A DNA stretch of 64,000 bases, from positions 18,724,001 through 18,788,000 of the forward strand of contig NC_135823.1 of the NCBI RefSeq assembly GCF_964213995.1, read 5' to 3'. The translations under genes were made by a program, and so were the position numbers. The DNA is from Mustelus asterias. Its lineage: Eukaryota. Positions 1-12,189 of the stretch are shown here, in pieces. Under the pieces are notes generated by a model that did not search any database, was not told where the DNA came from, and saw nothing but the letters and a program-made list of their open reading frames with translations. The stretch's first letter is position 1. Every line of letters starts with the position of its first letter.

Positions 1-75
1 ACCCAGAGCCCCAGAACATTAGTTGAGTTTCTGGATTAATATTCTAGCGATAATACCACCAGGCCATCGCCTCCA
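1..75 (-). mobile_element. 5' head of a tRNA-derived SINE (same family as 408-1213), cut by the window edge
   Basis: Reverse complement begins ggaggcgatggcctggtggtattatcgctagaat (A-box-like) and aligns with 1160-1213. Confidence 0.65.
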
Positions 76-407
76 CTGATGCAGTGTCAGGTTTGTCTTC
101 AGTTTTCAACTACTTAGGGACCTTTGACTGAACCATTGCTGGATCAGTAAGTCTCCTACAACAGAGCTTGCTGCATGGATCCTTCGCCGACTTCCCAGGC
201 ATGTCACTGCAGCCCAACCTGTGAATCGGAGTCTTCTGAGATCTTTGGTCCTCCTTCTCCCTCACCCTGCTGCTGTTCCACTTGCCGCAAAGACATGGTG
301 CTTTGCTTGTGATCTGTGTCTTCAAACGTCACTCCCTTTTGCTGTGCCATGTTGTGCAGCGTGCAATTTTTATTCATTTACGGGATGAGAACATCGCTGC
401 CCTCCAT

Positions 408-1213
408 TTCAGAATACATTTGAGAGTCAACCACTCTGACTCTGGAGTCACATATAGGCCTGACTGGGTAAGGATGGCAGATTTCCTTCCCTAAAGAGCA
501 TTACTGGATCAGATGGGTTTTAGAACAATCCACAGTGGTTTCATGGTCATCAGTAGACTTTTAATTCCAGATTTTTATTGAATTCAAATTTCACCCTTTG
601 CCTTGGTGGGATTTGAAGTTGGGCCCTCCTAGAACCATAGAACCATAGAAAATTACAGCTCAGAAACAGGCCTTTTGGCCCTTCTTGTCTGTGCCGAACC
701 ATTTTATGCCTAGTCCCACTGACCTGCACTTGGACCATATCCCTCCACACCCCTCTCATCCATGAACCCGTCCAAGTTTTTCTTAAATGTTAAAAGTGAC
801 CCCGCATTTACCACTTTATCCGGTAGCTCATTCCACACTCCCACCACTCTCTGCGTGAAGAAGCCCCCCCTAATATTCCCTTTAAACTTTTCTCCTTTCA
901 CCCTTAACCCATGCCCTCTGGTTTTTTTCTCCCCTAGCCTCAGCGGAAAAAGCCTGCTTGCATTCACTCTATCTATACCCATCAAAATCTTATACACCTC
1001 TATCAAATCTCCCCTCAATCTTCTACGCTCCAGGGAATAAAGTCCCAACCTATTCAATCTCTCTCTGTAAGTCAGCTTCTCAAGTCCCGGCAACATCCTT
1101 GTGAACCTTCTCTGCACTCTTTCAATCTTATTTACATCCTTCCTGTAACTAGGTGACCTGTTCTGGGTCTCCGGATTGCTAGTGCAGTGACAATACCAAT
1201 GTGCTACTTCCTC
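408..1213 (-). mobile_element. tRNA-derived SINE (non-HE1 family) interrupted by a CR1 insertion
   Basis: Body at 408-629 (ggtaaggatggcagatttccttccctaaag...gaattcaaatttcacc) and tRNA-like head at about 1159-1213 are contiguous once the CR1 is removed. Confidence 0.7.
630..1158 (-). mobile_element. Young 5'-truncated CR1 LINE 3' end
   Basis: ORF2 C-terminus SPSYRKDVNKIERVQRRFTRMLPGL..ERRRLRGDLIEVYK..FFTQRVV, then a 3'UTR and (TTCTATGG)n tail at 630-650. Confidence 0.93.
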
Positions 1214-1214
1214 C

Positions 1215-1860
1215 TCTATACCACCACCGTGCAGTGGACCCTGGAAAGTGTGCATTGCAGAGCTCCACCACAGTGGCCGAGGCAACCAAACCTCATCTTG
1301 TGTGAAGGTGGCTCTCCTTATGGTGGTGATGGGCATTTGTTCATGAACCTACAGGGGTGTTGGGAACCACCTCCTTGATCTGTATCTCTCATCAGTCAGA
1401 ATCCAATAATATACCTATGGAGTGGGATGGAAGAGCTGACGCAGGCTTGATTCCTGGCAGCTGCGTGGAAATCATGCACAGACGTGGAGGAAGTACTTCC
1501 TACGGTCACACTGCTGCTGGATATTGATAAAATGGTAGGCCTTTCTATCGATGAATCTGTCAGAGCTATCCATTGATGTCTTGTTGGCAACATATGTGCA
1601 ATCAACCGCATACTGCATGTTAGGAAATCCAGCTATTGTGGGAAAACCTGTTGCCCTCTGCGCTTATGAGGTCGCATCCGTTGGGAAACTAATGAAATCA
1701 ACCAGCCTTGCAAAGAGGACATCTGTGACGACATGCATACAGCAATGAGCAGGACTGAGACCAAAATATCCCACAGAGGTCAACAGCTGGACCCTGAAAT
1801 AATCCCGCAGTGAAAATATTCAGTGCCACCTGTTATCTTCAGTGCTACCAGTGGGGTCTG
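1215..1860 (-). mobile_element. Decayed PIF/Harbinger DDE transposase (HARBI1-like)
   Basis: Minus-strand peptides AGFPNMQYAVDCTYVA, FIDRKAYHFINIQQQCD, FLHVCA*FPRSCQES and KMRFGCLGHCGGALQ match Harbinger GFP..G.IDCTH, NRKG.HS.N.Q..CD, PGS.HDS and K.RF.CL motifs. Stops and frameshifts present. Confidence 0.85.
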
Positions 1861-2257
1861 TGTTAGCATTTTGGTTAAATTAGAGGTCTCTTCTGTCCCC
1901 ATGAAGATCTGGACCTATGTCTTTCATTGTCGCTGAACCAAGTTTTGGCTTTGCCTTATCCACTTTCCAACTAAACTTGATGGATAGTACCCAAAATTAG
2001 AACTTTGTTTTAATTCTAAGGACACTAAGGCTGATTGCAGTGACCGGATTGAAATAAATGTTTTTAAATGCCTTAAACAAATAAAACAGTGGTGTGCTTT
2101 TCAACTACTTAAACTCACTGTTTGTGCTTGAGTCACATATTCAATATGTGTAGTGTGAGAAGACTATCTGCATGTTCAAAACATAAGAATGACTAAACAG
2201 GAAATAAGTTTCCATTTCATACACATTGAATATCCTGCAATGGAGAATTGGAATGCA

Positions 2258-2372
2258 GTGGCATCTCTTGGGAGAAACAGAGTTCATTTTTCAGACCGAA
2301 GACTCTCCAAAGATGCTGAATTCCCCCACTGAGTGTTTCCAGCATTTTCTGTCTGGTTTCTAGCATCTGCAG
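2258..2372. mobile_element. Degenerate Penelope-type pLTR remnant
   Basis: gagaaacagagtt...ctctccaaagatgctg...tttccagcattttctg...gcatctgcag; same family as 10905-11097 and 52795-53000. Confidence 0.5.
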
Positions 2373-2377
2373 CATCT

Positions 2378-2702
2378 GGACAGCACAGTGGTTAGCACTG
2401 CTGCCTCACAGTGCCAAGGACTGGGTTCAATTCCGGCCTCGGCAGCTTGCATGTTCTCCTCTTGTCTGTGTGGGTTTCCTCCGGGTGCTCCGGTTTTCTC
2501 CCACGTTCCAAAGATGTCTGGGTTAGGTTGATTGGCCATGCTAATTGTCCCTTTGTGTCAGAGGGATTGACAGGGTAAATACTTGGGGTTATGGGGATAG
2601 AGCCTGGGTGGGATTGGCGTAGGCTTGATGGGCCAAATGGCCTCCTTCTGCACTGTAGGTTCTATGAATGGCCTCCTACCTGCACTGTACGGATTCTATG
2701 AT
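2378..2702 (+). mobile_element. HE1-type V-SINE
   Basis: cagtggttagcactgctgcc (A box), ggttcaattcc (B box), V-domain tgggtttcctccgggtgctccggtttt, CR1-type 3' end with a duplicated terminus. Confidence 0.9.
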
Positions 2703-3412
2703 CTTGCTTTCTCACTGCACAATTGCACCTGCTATCCCAGTTGCATTTAGGTGATGCCAAAACTTGTAGTTGTCTTAAAAATTGGCTAAAAAAATTAATT
2801 TAACCCTATCTAAGAAGGTATGAATTTCAGATTGCGTGTAACTTTCCTGTGGATCTGAACAAACTGACCTTTGGGGCAATGGACAATATAGCTTCTCTGG
2901 TATAGGCGTGAAAATCCAAGATAGTTCTCTCTTGTTTCTCAGTCTTTTGCCTTTTGTCCCACGCCACTCTTTCCTCCACCCCTTCCATTTTTATCTCTTT
3001 AACTTTTTCTCCCTCGTCCACTCCACCCCACCATGCTGCCTTGCCTTTTAAGCCTTCTTAACCTGAATATTACATTGAGAAGGATTCAAATTAGCCATCA
3101 ATTAATCCTTTCCGCCAACTACAATGGAACGGAAATTGTGAGAGGTTTATAACAGGCATCTGAGTGACGTTGGGACTTGGCAAAATTAAATTCTAGTTCC
3201 CTACTTTTAAATCCATGTGAAACCAAGAAAACTGACACTGTTTAAGTTTCCATAATGTTCGAGTGAATTTGTTGCCTTTTTTTTCTGGTTTCTTGCTATA
3301 TCTTGTGAATGTGTAATGGATGGATTATACATTAAACATTAGTGCATTTTTATGTATGTCTGGTTTTTTTATGCATGTCTGATGTGTTGGCATATCTGTT
3401 TTAATTTGACAG

Positions 3413-3528
3413 GTAGGGCGGTGGGAACACAGAACAAGGTCGCTCACTAAGTTGTTTGGTTCCCCTTTCACTGCGTGTTACTCTGTAGCAATTGTAATTC
3501 TACTGCTGAACTTCTACAGGAGTTACAG
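3413..3528 (+). CDS. PEMT: PEMT internal coding exon (116 bp; corresponds to human exon 3)
   Basis: Acceptor tttaatttgacAG, donor GTgaga. Translates [38 protein letters not shown](S), matching vertebrate PEMT [35 protein letters not shown]. Ends in phase 2. Not in the ORF track. Confidence 0.96.
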
Positions 3529-5769
3529 GTGAGACAATAGTCCATAGTTACTTCAGAAAATGTGACGAGAGTGATTTTCTTTGTGCTAGCACAGATAGAA
3601 CCATAGAATCCCTACAGTGCAGACGGAGGTCATTTGGCCCATCAAGTCTGCACTGACTCTCTGAGAGAGCATTTTATCATTTATACACTTTATAGGTAAA
3701 GCCACAATAAGATATTGATATGATATCATCTTTAAAAGAATCATTAGGATTTTCTTTCAAAAGTAATTTGTGCTAGGTGAGCATGGATTGTAATGTAATT
3801 TCTGTTGTTAGGTAGATAATTAATTAATTGAAAAATCAACATGGTGGCAAGCGTTGAATCGTAATGACAATACAAATGAAATAAGTCATAGTTATAGACA
3901 ATCTATAAAATATAAAAAGATTGCACAATTATGATCATTTCAATACACAAATAATTACAATTCATTGCAAAATGCAGCTCTTCTTAATTTATAGAACAAA
4001 AATAAATGGTCTCCTGCACTCTGCGTTTTATATTGAAGTCCATAGATCACACCTTGCCATATGTTGAACATGTCTTGAGATTCACTGCGCAAACCTTGGA
4101 TTCAGAAATTCAATTTTCGTACCCGGTAGCCTGAGGTTTCCATTTGGAATGGTTGACAATATAACATGTCTTATAGCCAGCTTCAGATGTTGTGTACTCC
4201 TGTCCTTATTGACGCACACATTCTGCAACATTTAGCCCTTGGTACTAAATGAACTGAATTACGAAAGAAATAGATCCAATTCCGATTTATTCAAAGTTTA
4301 AGATTGCTTTGCAACTCTTTGACTTGTGTGCACAATACTACACAGTTCTTGTTAGTGCTGGAAACTGACAGATCATGTCACTGTCATGCTGGAAGAAGTG
4401 AGGGAGGGCAGCCTACTCGTACATCTTCACTGGTCCTGGAGAAGCAGCATGCAATAATACTAGAGAGAAGGCTTGAACAGGAAGCAGAGTGCGAGACGTG
4501 GATGATCTGACACTTACAAAGGAGGCAATGCTTGATGTGTGTGTGCCACTGCGGCAGGCCCTGTGCCGTGGCAAGACAAGAAGACATGCAGAGCAGGATA
4601 ATTGGATAGCTCCACTTCAGGTGGAGGGAGCGGAGGTAACTCTTGTCCAGTGCACGCTGTGGCTATGCGAGCACTGTCATCTATGGTTGTACTGATGGAC
4701 CTGTTAAGTTGTCTGAATTATCATTGTGACCACCTTCTTGTTTTTCTTGAAGCGCCTTGTGTCTTGGGGACATAACAAGGTGATCCAGTGAAGAATTTAG
4801 CAGCCTCTTCAGCAGTGGGGAGTCTCCACAAAACCTGCACTGTCACATCAGGCTTCTGTAGCATCCACCAGCACAGATACACTCATGTCAAAATTGCAGT
4901 GAAGAGCACTGGGTAAGCAGCACATCACAAGTGAAAAGGAGGAGAGTGAGGCCGAGTCAAATGCTGGCACTTCCCCTCAGAGAACAAACACAGCCATTCT
5001 CCACAGGACAAAGATGCTGAGCTTCGAGTGAGTCTTTCTGGAACATCAGAGATGGGTGAGTTTCTGAACGTCGGAGATCCCTGAGATACCCGGGAGACTT
5101 GGGCAGTCAGTGGAGGAGCCCATTTGCAGTGCATGTGCTCTGTTACGATTTGTGTCCTCAGGCCCTTCATTGAGAGAGTGGCCACCGTCATAGAGAGGCA
5201 CATGCAGCACCACTCTGGGTGCAAGGGCAGCATGCTGACATGCACAGAAAGGCTGAGACTCGTTATGTAAAGAATGTGTTGCTGATGGCGCAGTGATGTT
5301 TGGAGTGGCGAGTGCCAGCTGCATCCCAGCCGAAGGTTTCATCAAAAGCCACAGACATCTCAGCAGGATGCAGGTGCAATGGAGCAGGCTGTCACCACCT
5401 TCCCCTGGGTCACAGCAGAACTTTTGTTGGTCTCAGTTGGGAGAACTATGCTGTTGGTCGCACTTGATGGTCACCTGGATAGAGTTTGGTCTGATTTTAC
5501 TGATTTATCTCATTTAAGTGATGTACAGTATTATATCAATCAGATTTCTGTGTTTTTAAAGCTTGCTGTGAAGACTGAAATGAAGGTTAGAGGTTGACAG
5601 TGAGGGATCAGGATCGGAGCCCTGGGCTTGATGAGATTGCATGGCCTGTGATGTAGGATCCTGGTGGCAGTGAAGAGCCAAAGCTCCATGTCTCCGTGTG
5701 GCAGAGGGACAGTTCATATTTGTGTGCTTCCTGGATAATTTATCTCTGGTGGAGGGTGAGTTTTGGAGT

Positions 5770-6110
5770 TCATAGAAATCATAGAAACCCTACAGTGCGG
5801 AAGGAGGCCATTCGGCCCATCGAGTCTGCACCGACCACAATCCCACCCAGGCCCTATCCCCACATATTTACTTGCTAATCCCTCTAACCTACGCATCTCA
5901 GGACTCTAAGGGACAATTTTTAACCTGGCCAATCAACCTAACCCGCACATCTTTGGACTGTGGGAGGAAACCGGAGCACCCGGAGGAAACCCACGCAGAC
6001 ACGAGGAGAATGTGCAAACTCCACACAGACAGTGACCCGAGCTGGGAATCGAACCCGAGACCCTGGAGCTGTGAAGCAGCAGTGCTAACCACTGTGCTAC
6101 CGTGCCGCCC
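5770..6110 (-). mobile_element. Full-length HE1 V-SINE
   Basis: Complete head, V domain and ttctatg tail on the minus strand; agtt on both flanks. Confidence 0.93.
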
Positions 6111-6270
6111 CAGTTATCTGCCATAGTACTGGGAGCCACTCCAGTCAAACATTGCAGAATCAGCAGTTCCCTTGCAGCCATGCCAACCTTCTCACCGTTG
6201 TGGAACATGGGATGATCTCAGTGTCTTCCTCCAATGTCTGGGCATCGGGCTACCCTTTCCCCTGTCTCAT

Positions 6271-6591
6271 CCAGTGGCACAGTGGTTAGCACTGCTGCCT
6301 CACAGCGCCAAGAACCCAGATTCAATTCCGGCCTCGGGTCACTGTCTCTGTGGAGTTTGCACGTCCTCCCCATGTCTGCGTAGATTTCTTTTGGGTGCTC
6401 CGGTTTCCACCCACAGTCCAAAGATGTGCAGGTTAGGTGGATTGGCCATACTAAACTGTCCCTAGTGTCAGGGGGATTAGTAGGGTAAATGTGTGGGGTT
6501 ATTGGAATAGTGCCTGGGTGGGATTGTGGTCAGTACAGGCTCGATGGGCCGACTGGCCTCCTTCTATACTGTAGGAATTCTCTGATTCTAT
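6271..6591 (+). mobile_element. HE1 V-SINE
   Basis: A and B boxes, V domain, CR1-like tail. Confidence 0.92.
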
Positions 6592-6609
6592 AAAAATGAT
6601 GTTCCAGGT

Positions 6610-7070
6610 CCTTCTCTTCATCTTTGTATTGTCATGTTGAGCAGCGCACAGTAGACACCCACAATACAGGATACCCTGGCTGGCTCACACTGGAGGGTAC
6701 TACCTGACCGTCAAGGCAACAGAAGCGCATCATCAAGATGCCAATGGTCTGTTCAACACAAGTGCATGTGAGCAGATGACTCTGGGGTTGTAGCACCTCT
6801 CCGCTTCTGTGCTTGGTTACCCAGAACTGCCTCTTTAGAGTTTAATTCTTATCCCCCCAGCAGCCATTTATAATGTGGCACCTCTTTCAGGATGATGGAA
6901 TCATGACAGCTGCCCAAGGACTGAGCAAAGATCTGCAAGATGTGCTTCTTGTCACAGACCAGCTAGTTAGTCAATGAGTGAACGGCTGACTGGTCTGTCG
7001 GTACCTTGCTGGCTATGTGGATGCAATCGATAATCCCGTGGACCTGAGATTATCGATTAATGGAGGTAGA
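6610..7070 (-). mobile_element. Second decayed PIF/Harbinger transposase
   Basis: Minus-strand peptides VHGIIDCIHIA, LVCDKKHILQIFAQSLGSCHDSIIL, WLLGDK and VEQTIGILMMRFCCLD carry all three DDE motifs. Frame disrupted. Confidence 0.85.
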
Positions 7071-7439
7071 GTCCACTCTGCCTACACTGGCCCATCGGTC
7101 TCAAAATAGATGTAATCCTTCACCCTCAGTAAATTTACACAGATAATGTCCCAGATACCACCATTACCCTTCCTGTCCCTCCAGCAGGACAGACCCAGCA
7201 GAGGTGGGGGCCACAGTGGCTGTTGAGAGAAAGTCTCATGGCAGCAGGTCAAATATGGGCAAGGGAACCTCCTGCTGATTACCACACCATCTCCTGTCAG
7301 CTCATGATTCAATACTCCTCCATGTTGAACACCACTTGGAGGAAGCACTGAGGGTGGCAAAAGTGCTCTGGGTGGGGGACTTCATGATCAAGAGTGGCTT
7401 GGTAGTACCACCACAGACCGAGCTGGCTGGGTCCTAAAG

Positions 7440-8562
7440 TCATGATGTGGAGATGCCGGCGTTGGACTGGGGTAAACACAGTAAGAAGTTTAACAACACC
7501 AGGTTAAAGTCCAACAGGTTTATTTGGTAGCAAAAGCCACAAGCTTTCGGAGCCTTAAGCTCCTTCTTCAGGTGAGTGGGAATTCTGTTCACAAACAGAG
7601 CATATAAAGACACAAACTCAATTTACAGAATAATGGTTGGAATGTGAATGCTGACAGCTAATCAAGTCTTAAAGGTACAAACAATGTGAGTGGAGAGAGC
7701 ATTAAGACAGGTTAAAGAGATGCGTATTGTCACCAGACAGGACAGCCAGTGAGACTCTGCAGGTCCAGGCAAGCTGTGGGGATTACAGATAGTGTGACAT
7801 GAACCCAATATCTTGGTTGAGGCCGTCCTCATGTGCGGAACTTGGCTATTAGTTTCTGCTCAGCGACTCTGCGCCGTCGTGTGTCGTGAAGGCCGCCTTG
7901 GAGAACGCTTACCCGAATATCAGAGGCCGAATGCCTGTGACCGCTGAAGTGCTCCCCAACAGGAAGAGAACAGTCTTGCCTGGTGATTGTCGAGTGGTGT
8001 TCATTCATCCGTTGTCAGACGCTGCGACAACGGATGAATGAACACCACTCGACAATCACCAGGCAAGACTGTTCTCTTCCTGTTGGGGAGCACTTCAGCG
8101 GTCACGGGCATTCGGCCTCTGATATTCGGGTAAGCATTCTCCAAGGCGGCCTTCATGACACACGACAGCGCAGGGTCGCTGAGCAGAGACTGATAGCCAG
8201 GTTCTGCACACATGAGGACGGCCTCAACCGGGATATTGGGTTCATGTCACACTGTCTGTAATCCCCACAGCTTGCCTGGACCTGCAGAGTCTCACTGGCT
8301 GTCCTGTCTGGAGACAATACACATCTCTTTAACCTGTCTTAATGCTCTCTCCACTCACATTGTTTGTATCTTTAAGATTTGATTAGCTGTAAGTATTCGT
8401 ATTCCAACCATTATTCTGTAAATTGAGTTTGTGTCTTTATATGCCCTGTTTGTGAACAGAATTCCCACTCACCTGAAGAAGGGGCTTAAGGCTCCGAAAG
8501 CTTGTGGCTTTTGCTACCTAATAAACCTGTTGGACTTTAACCTAGTGTTGTTAAACTTCTTA
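7440..8562. mobile_element. Penelope-like element, inverted (palindromic) insertion with GIY-YIG C-terminal coding segment
   Basis: Arms 7479-8016 and 8026-8565 are near-perfect reverse complements. Peptide QTLRQRMNEHHSTI..PVGEHF..RRVAEQRLI..GLNRD is a GIY-YIG (Uri) C-terminal half. TSD ctgggtcctaaag at 7427-7439 and 8563-8575. Confidence 0.92.
8470..8506 (+). ncRNA. Minimal type I hammerhead ribozyme motif in Penelope pLTR (mirror copy on minus strand at 7538-7574)
   Basis: cac-CTGAAGA-a-ggggc ttaag gctcc-GAAA-gctt-gtg: core boxes, 5-bp stem II, palindromic AAGCTT stem III, cac/gtg stem I. Confidence 0.75.
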
Positions 8563-9367
8563 CTGGGTCCTAAAGGACATGGCTATTAGACTGGGACTGC
8601 AGCAGGTGGTGAGGGAACCAACAAGAGAGAGAAACATACTGCGCTTCATCCTCACCAACCTACCTGCCGCAGATGCACCTGTTTATGACGTATCAGTAGG
8701 AGTGACTACTACACAGTCTTTGTGGAGACTGTCTACACATTGAGGATACCCTCCATCGTGTTGTGTGGCGCTACCACTGTGCTAAATGGGATTTAGCAAC
8801 ACAAGACTGGAGGCAATACGGGCCATCATCTGTAACCTAATGGCCCGATATATCCCCCGCTCTGCCATTACCACCAATCCAAGGGATCAACCCTGGTTCA
8901 ATGAAGAGTGCATAAGGGCACACCAAGATCAACACCAGGCATACCTAAAATTGAAGCGTCAACCTAGTGAAACTATAACACAGGACTACTTGCGTGTCAA
9001 ACAGCATAAGCAGCAAGTAATAGAGCTAGGCGATTTCATAACCCATGGATCAGATCAAAACTCTGCAGTGCTGCCATGTCCAGTCATGAATAGTGGTGGA
9101 CAATTAAACAACTCACTGGAGGAGGTGGCCCCACAAATACCCCAATCTTTAATGATGGAGGAGCCCAGAACATCAGTGTAAAAGATAAGGCTGAAGCATT
9201 TGGAAGACTTCAGGTAGAAGTGAACTGAATTGGACTAGCCATATAAATACTATGGCAACAAGAGCAGTTCAGAGGCTAGGAACCCTGCAGTGAGTAACTC
9301 ACCTCCTGACTCCCCCAAAGTCTGTCCACTATCTACAACGTACAAGTCAAGAGTGTGATGGAATACT

Positions 9368-9635
9368 AAAGTTAAAAGTTAAAGTTTATTTATTAGTCAC
9401 AAGTAAGGCTTATATTAACACTGCAATGAAGCCACATTCCGGCGCCTGTTTGGGTCAATGCACCTAACCAGCACGTCTTTCAGACTGTGGGAGGAAACCG
9501 GAGCACCTGGAGGAAATCCACGCACACTGGGAGAACGTGCAAACTCCACACACACAGTGACCCAAGCCGGGAATCGAACCCGGGTCCCTGGAGCTGTGAG
9601 GCAGCAGTGTTAACCACTGTGCCATCGTGCCGCCC
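9368..9635 (-). mobile_element. V-SINE with HE1 head and alternative 3' tail
   Basis: HE1 head and V domain, but the 3' end is cttcattgcagtgttaat...cttgtgactaataaataaacttt. TSD aatact at 9362-9367 and 9636-9641. Confidence 0.88.
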
Positions 9636-10502
9636 AATACTCCCCATTTGCTTAGATGAGTGCAGCTCCAGAAACACTCAGGAAGTTCATCACCATCCAG
9701 GATAAAACAGCCCACTTGATTGGCACCCCTTCCACAAAAATTCAATCCGTCCAACACCGAACATTACTTAAAGGTTTTTCTTCTTTATACAGAATTGAGA
9801 GATCAGCACATGAAAAAATCAGCAAGAATGATTTTGGAATGTCTTCTTTTCACTGAAGGAAAGAACAGATAAAAAATAAAGGGAATAAATGACTAACAGA
9901 CCCTTCCGTGCTCATTCTGTCTTTTAGACAGTGCATTCTAGTACATCACCTTCCCGATAACTAGTAGTCATAACTGCTGTGGGGCAGCAAGTGAGAAAAA
10001 ACTGGCCAACTTAATCAAACTTCTGGGAAAGAAAGGCAATTACCAGTACAATGTTTCTGAGAATCAGAGATAAGGCCACTGAATAAGTACAGAGTTTGGT
10101 GTTAGTGCTAACCTTGACTCCCACTATCTACAGTTTTAAGCTAGTGAAAACCAGAGATGTGTGGATCATAAGTGTATCACATCTTCATTTTTCTTAGAAA
10201 ACAGAGTCTACAAAGCATAGCATCGTAATGTTCAAGGCACAATTAACTACACTATGTATTAGCAGAGAGAATAAGACATTTTCAGATCATACTGTCCAGA
10301 ATGTGGTCAACCAAGAGGCAGTGGTAGACGGTCCAAAGTGCAGGAATAGTGTAGAAGAAGACAATTTGGTACCCAGCTGTAGGGGCAACAGAATGCTTGG
10401 GTACAGGAACCTCTAACTGACAGAAATCTTTCAATAGATGAGGGTGCAGGATCTCTGAGTTGGACAATGATTATGACTCTGAGGAGGATGGTTCTGAGCA
10501 GC

Positions 10503-10692
10503 AGTCCAAAGATGTGTGGGTTAGGTGCATTGGCCATGCTAAATTGCCCCTTAGTGTCCCGGGATGCGTAGGATGGAGGGATTAGCGGGGTAAATATGTG
10601 GGGTTACGGGGATAGGGCTTAGGTGGGATTGTTGTCGGTGCAGACTCGATGGGCTAAATGGCCTCCTTCTGCACTTTAGGGTTTCTCTGATT
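10503..10692 (+). mobile_element. 5'-truncated HE1 SINE
   Basis: cagtccaaagatgtgtgggttagg...ggcctccttctgcact. Confidence 0.85.
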
Positions 10693-10904
10693 ATCATACT
10701 ATGGTGCAGAGGACTATCCAAGTGGTATAAAATGGGTGGCTCACAAGAATAGCAGGTGGAAGATTCTTTAATCTGAAGATTAGAGATATTGCATTCTTGA
10801 CCAGAATACCTTTCTAATGTCAGGGGGAAAAACTTTATGGAATGTGTGGTCAAACTAATAGAGATAGCAGAACAGCAGTGAATAGTTGCTGTTGCTACAG
10901 ATAG

Positions 10905-11097
10905 AAGCAAAATATTGCAGATGCTCAAAATCTGACATTAAAACAGAAGATGCTGGAAGTACTCAGTAGTCAGGCAGTGTACATGGTGAGACAGAGTTAT
11001 TTCAGGTTGGTGACCTCCTGTCAGAACTCAGTTCTGATGAAAAGTCACCAATCACTGTTTCTCTCGCTGCCCAGATGCTGCCTGACCTGTTGAGTAC
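10905..11097. mobile_element. Old inverted Penelope-type pLTR pair (second family)
   Basis: Centre tgtcagaact-c-agttctgatga; arms tactcagtagtcaggcag..gagacagag versus ctgtttctc..ctgcctgacctgttgagta; residual CTGATGA at 11034-11040. Confidence 0.6.
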
Positions 11098-12189
11098 AGA
11101 GTATATTTGAAGTCTAACAAGGTGAGTTTAAGGAGATGCGCTATAGATTGAAAAATAGAATTTCAGGAAAATTAATGTCTGGAGTAGTTCTTGACATGTT
11201 GAGAAAAATTCTGAAACAACAAAAGGTTATACGAAAGGAACGCTCTTCACTTTAATCCAAATGGCGCCATTGTTCTTGAACAAGTAGGTAGACCAGAAAG
11301 GGAGTGGGGATTTAAACCACCCGGGCAGACTGGAGAAAATCAAGGCTCGGGTTGAGAGAAAGGAAGCAGACTTAATAGAGAAGGTGGAATAGCAGCAGAA
11401 ACTCTTACTGAAAATATTTTCGGAGGAGAAAAGGAAAATAGAATTAAATAGCAATGTACTGGTAAGGTAAGGAATATCAAAATGAGAAAACTGTAAAACA
11501 AGAAAGGCTGATGTTGAAGAAAGTTGTGTTGAGATTGAGTAATGTGCATTGACTGTGCAAAATAACATCAGGTTGGAAGTATAACTAATGACAGAGGAGT
11601 GTGTTATATAACAGCTACACTCAAATGACAGCACTCGTCTGGGATTGAGAACTAAACATTTCTAGAAAAAAGTGTCAGAAGAGGTTTGGATAGAAAAAAG
11701 TGAAGGAATGTTAGAATGAATAAAGAATTTTATCAGTGCTTTTACTTATATTCTTTAATTTACTATATTAATTTTACAATACATATAATAAACTGACTAA
11801 GATAAACAAGCTCACTGATTTATAGTTGGCCTTGTTTTTATTAATGTTAATTAGTTTGCCTTTCAAGAGAAATTAGCTTGGTGGCATGAGCAGTGCCATA
11901 GCATGTAATTCACATCATAAGGGAATTCATAGTTGTGACCCTCGGTGTTACATGATTGTCTGAATTGATTGAGCTAAGCTCTTAATTATAGGGGCAATGG
12001 GAATGGCTTCCTGAAGAATGTTGTGATGCTAAACTTGAGAAAACCTAGATCTGTTTCTTCTAACTGATCAGAGCCAGAAAACGATTAGGTGACCATAATG
12101 TTCAGCTTTAAAAATTTTTAAAAATTGTGAATAATTAGAGGTTGGACTGTAATGTGGCAAAAAATGAGGCTTTAAAGTAAACATCTGTA

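Larger units (their letters stand above)
7150..9755 (+). mobile_element. Decayed L2/Crack-like (CR1-group) LINE, host to nested Penelope and SINE insertions
   Basis: APE remnants (WVGDF-like ctctgggtgggggacttc; LILTN; RSDY) and the PWFNEECIRA motif. Sequence resumes after both insertions. Confidence 0.75.

Noticed and set aside
710-1336. 208-aa ORF as a novel gene
   Set aside because: Chance read-through from Harbinger and SINE sequence into the CR1 ORF2 C-terminus.
5872-6465. Recurrent small ORFs (MVSTAASQ.., CLRGFPPGAPVSSHSPKMC)
   Set aside because: Translations of HE1 SINE copies, recurring at every copy.
11230-11720. 135-aa hydrophobic minus-strand ORF
   Set aside because: Antisense of purine-rich sequence that looks like very old LINE; no splice or homology support.
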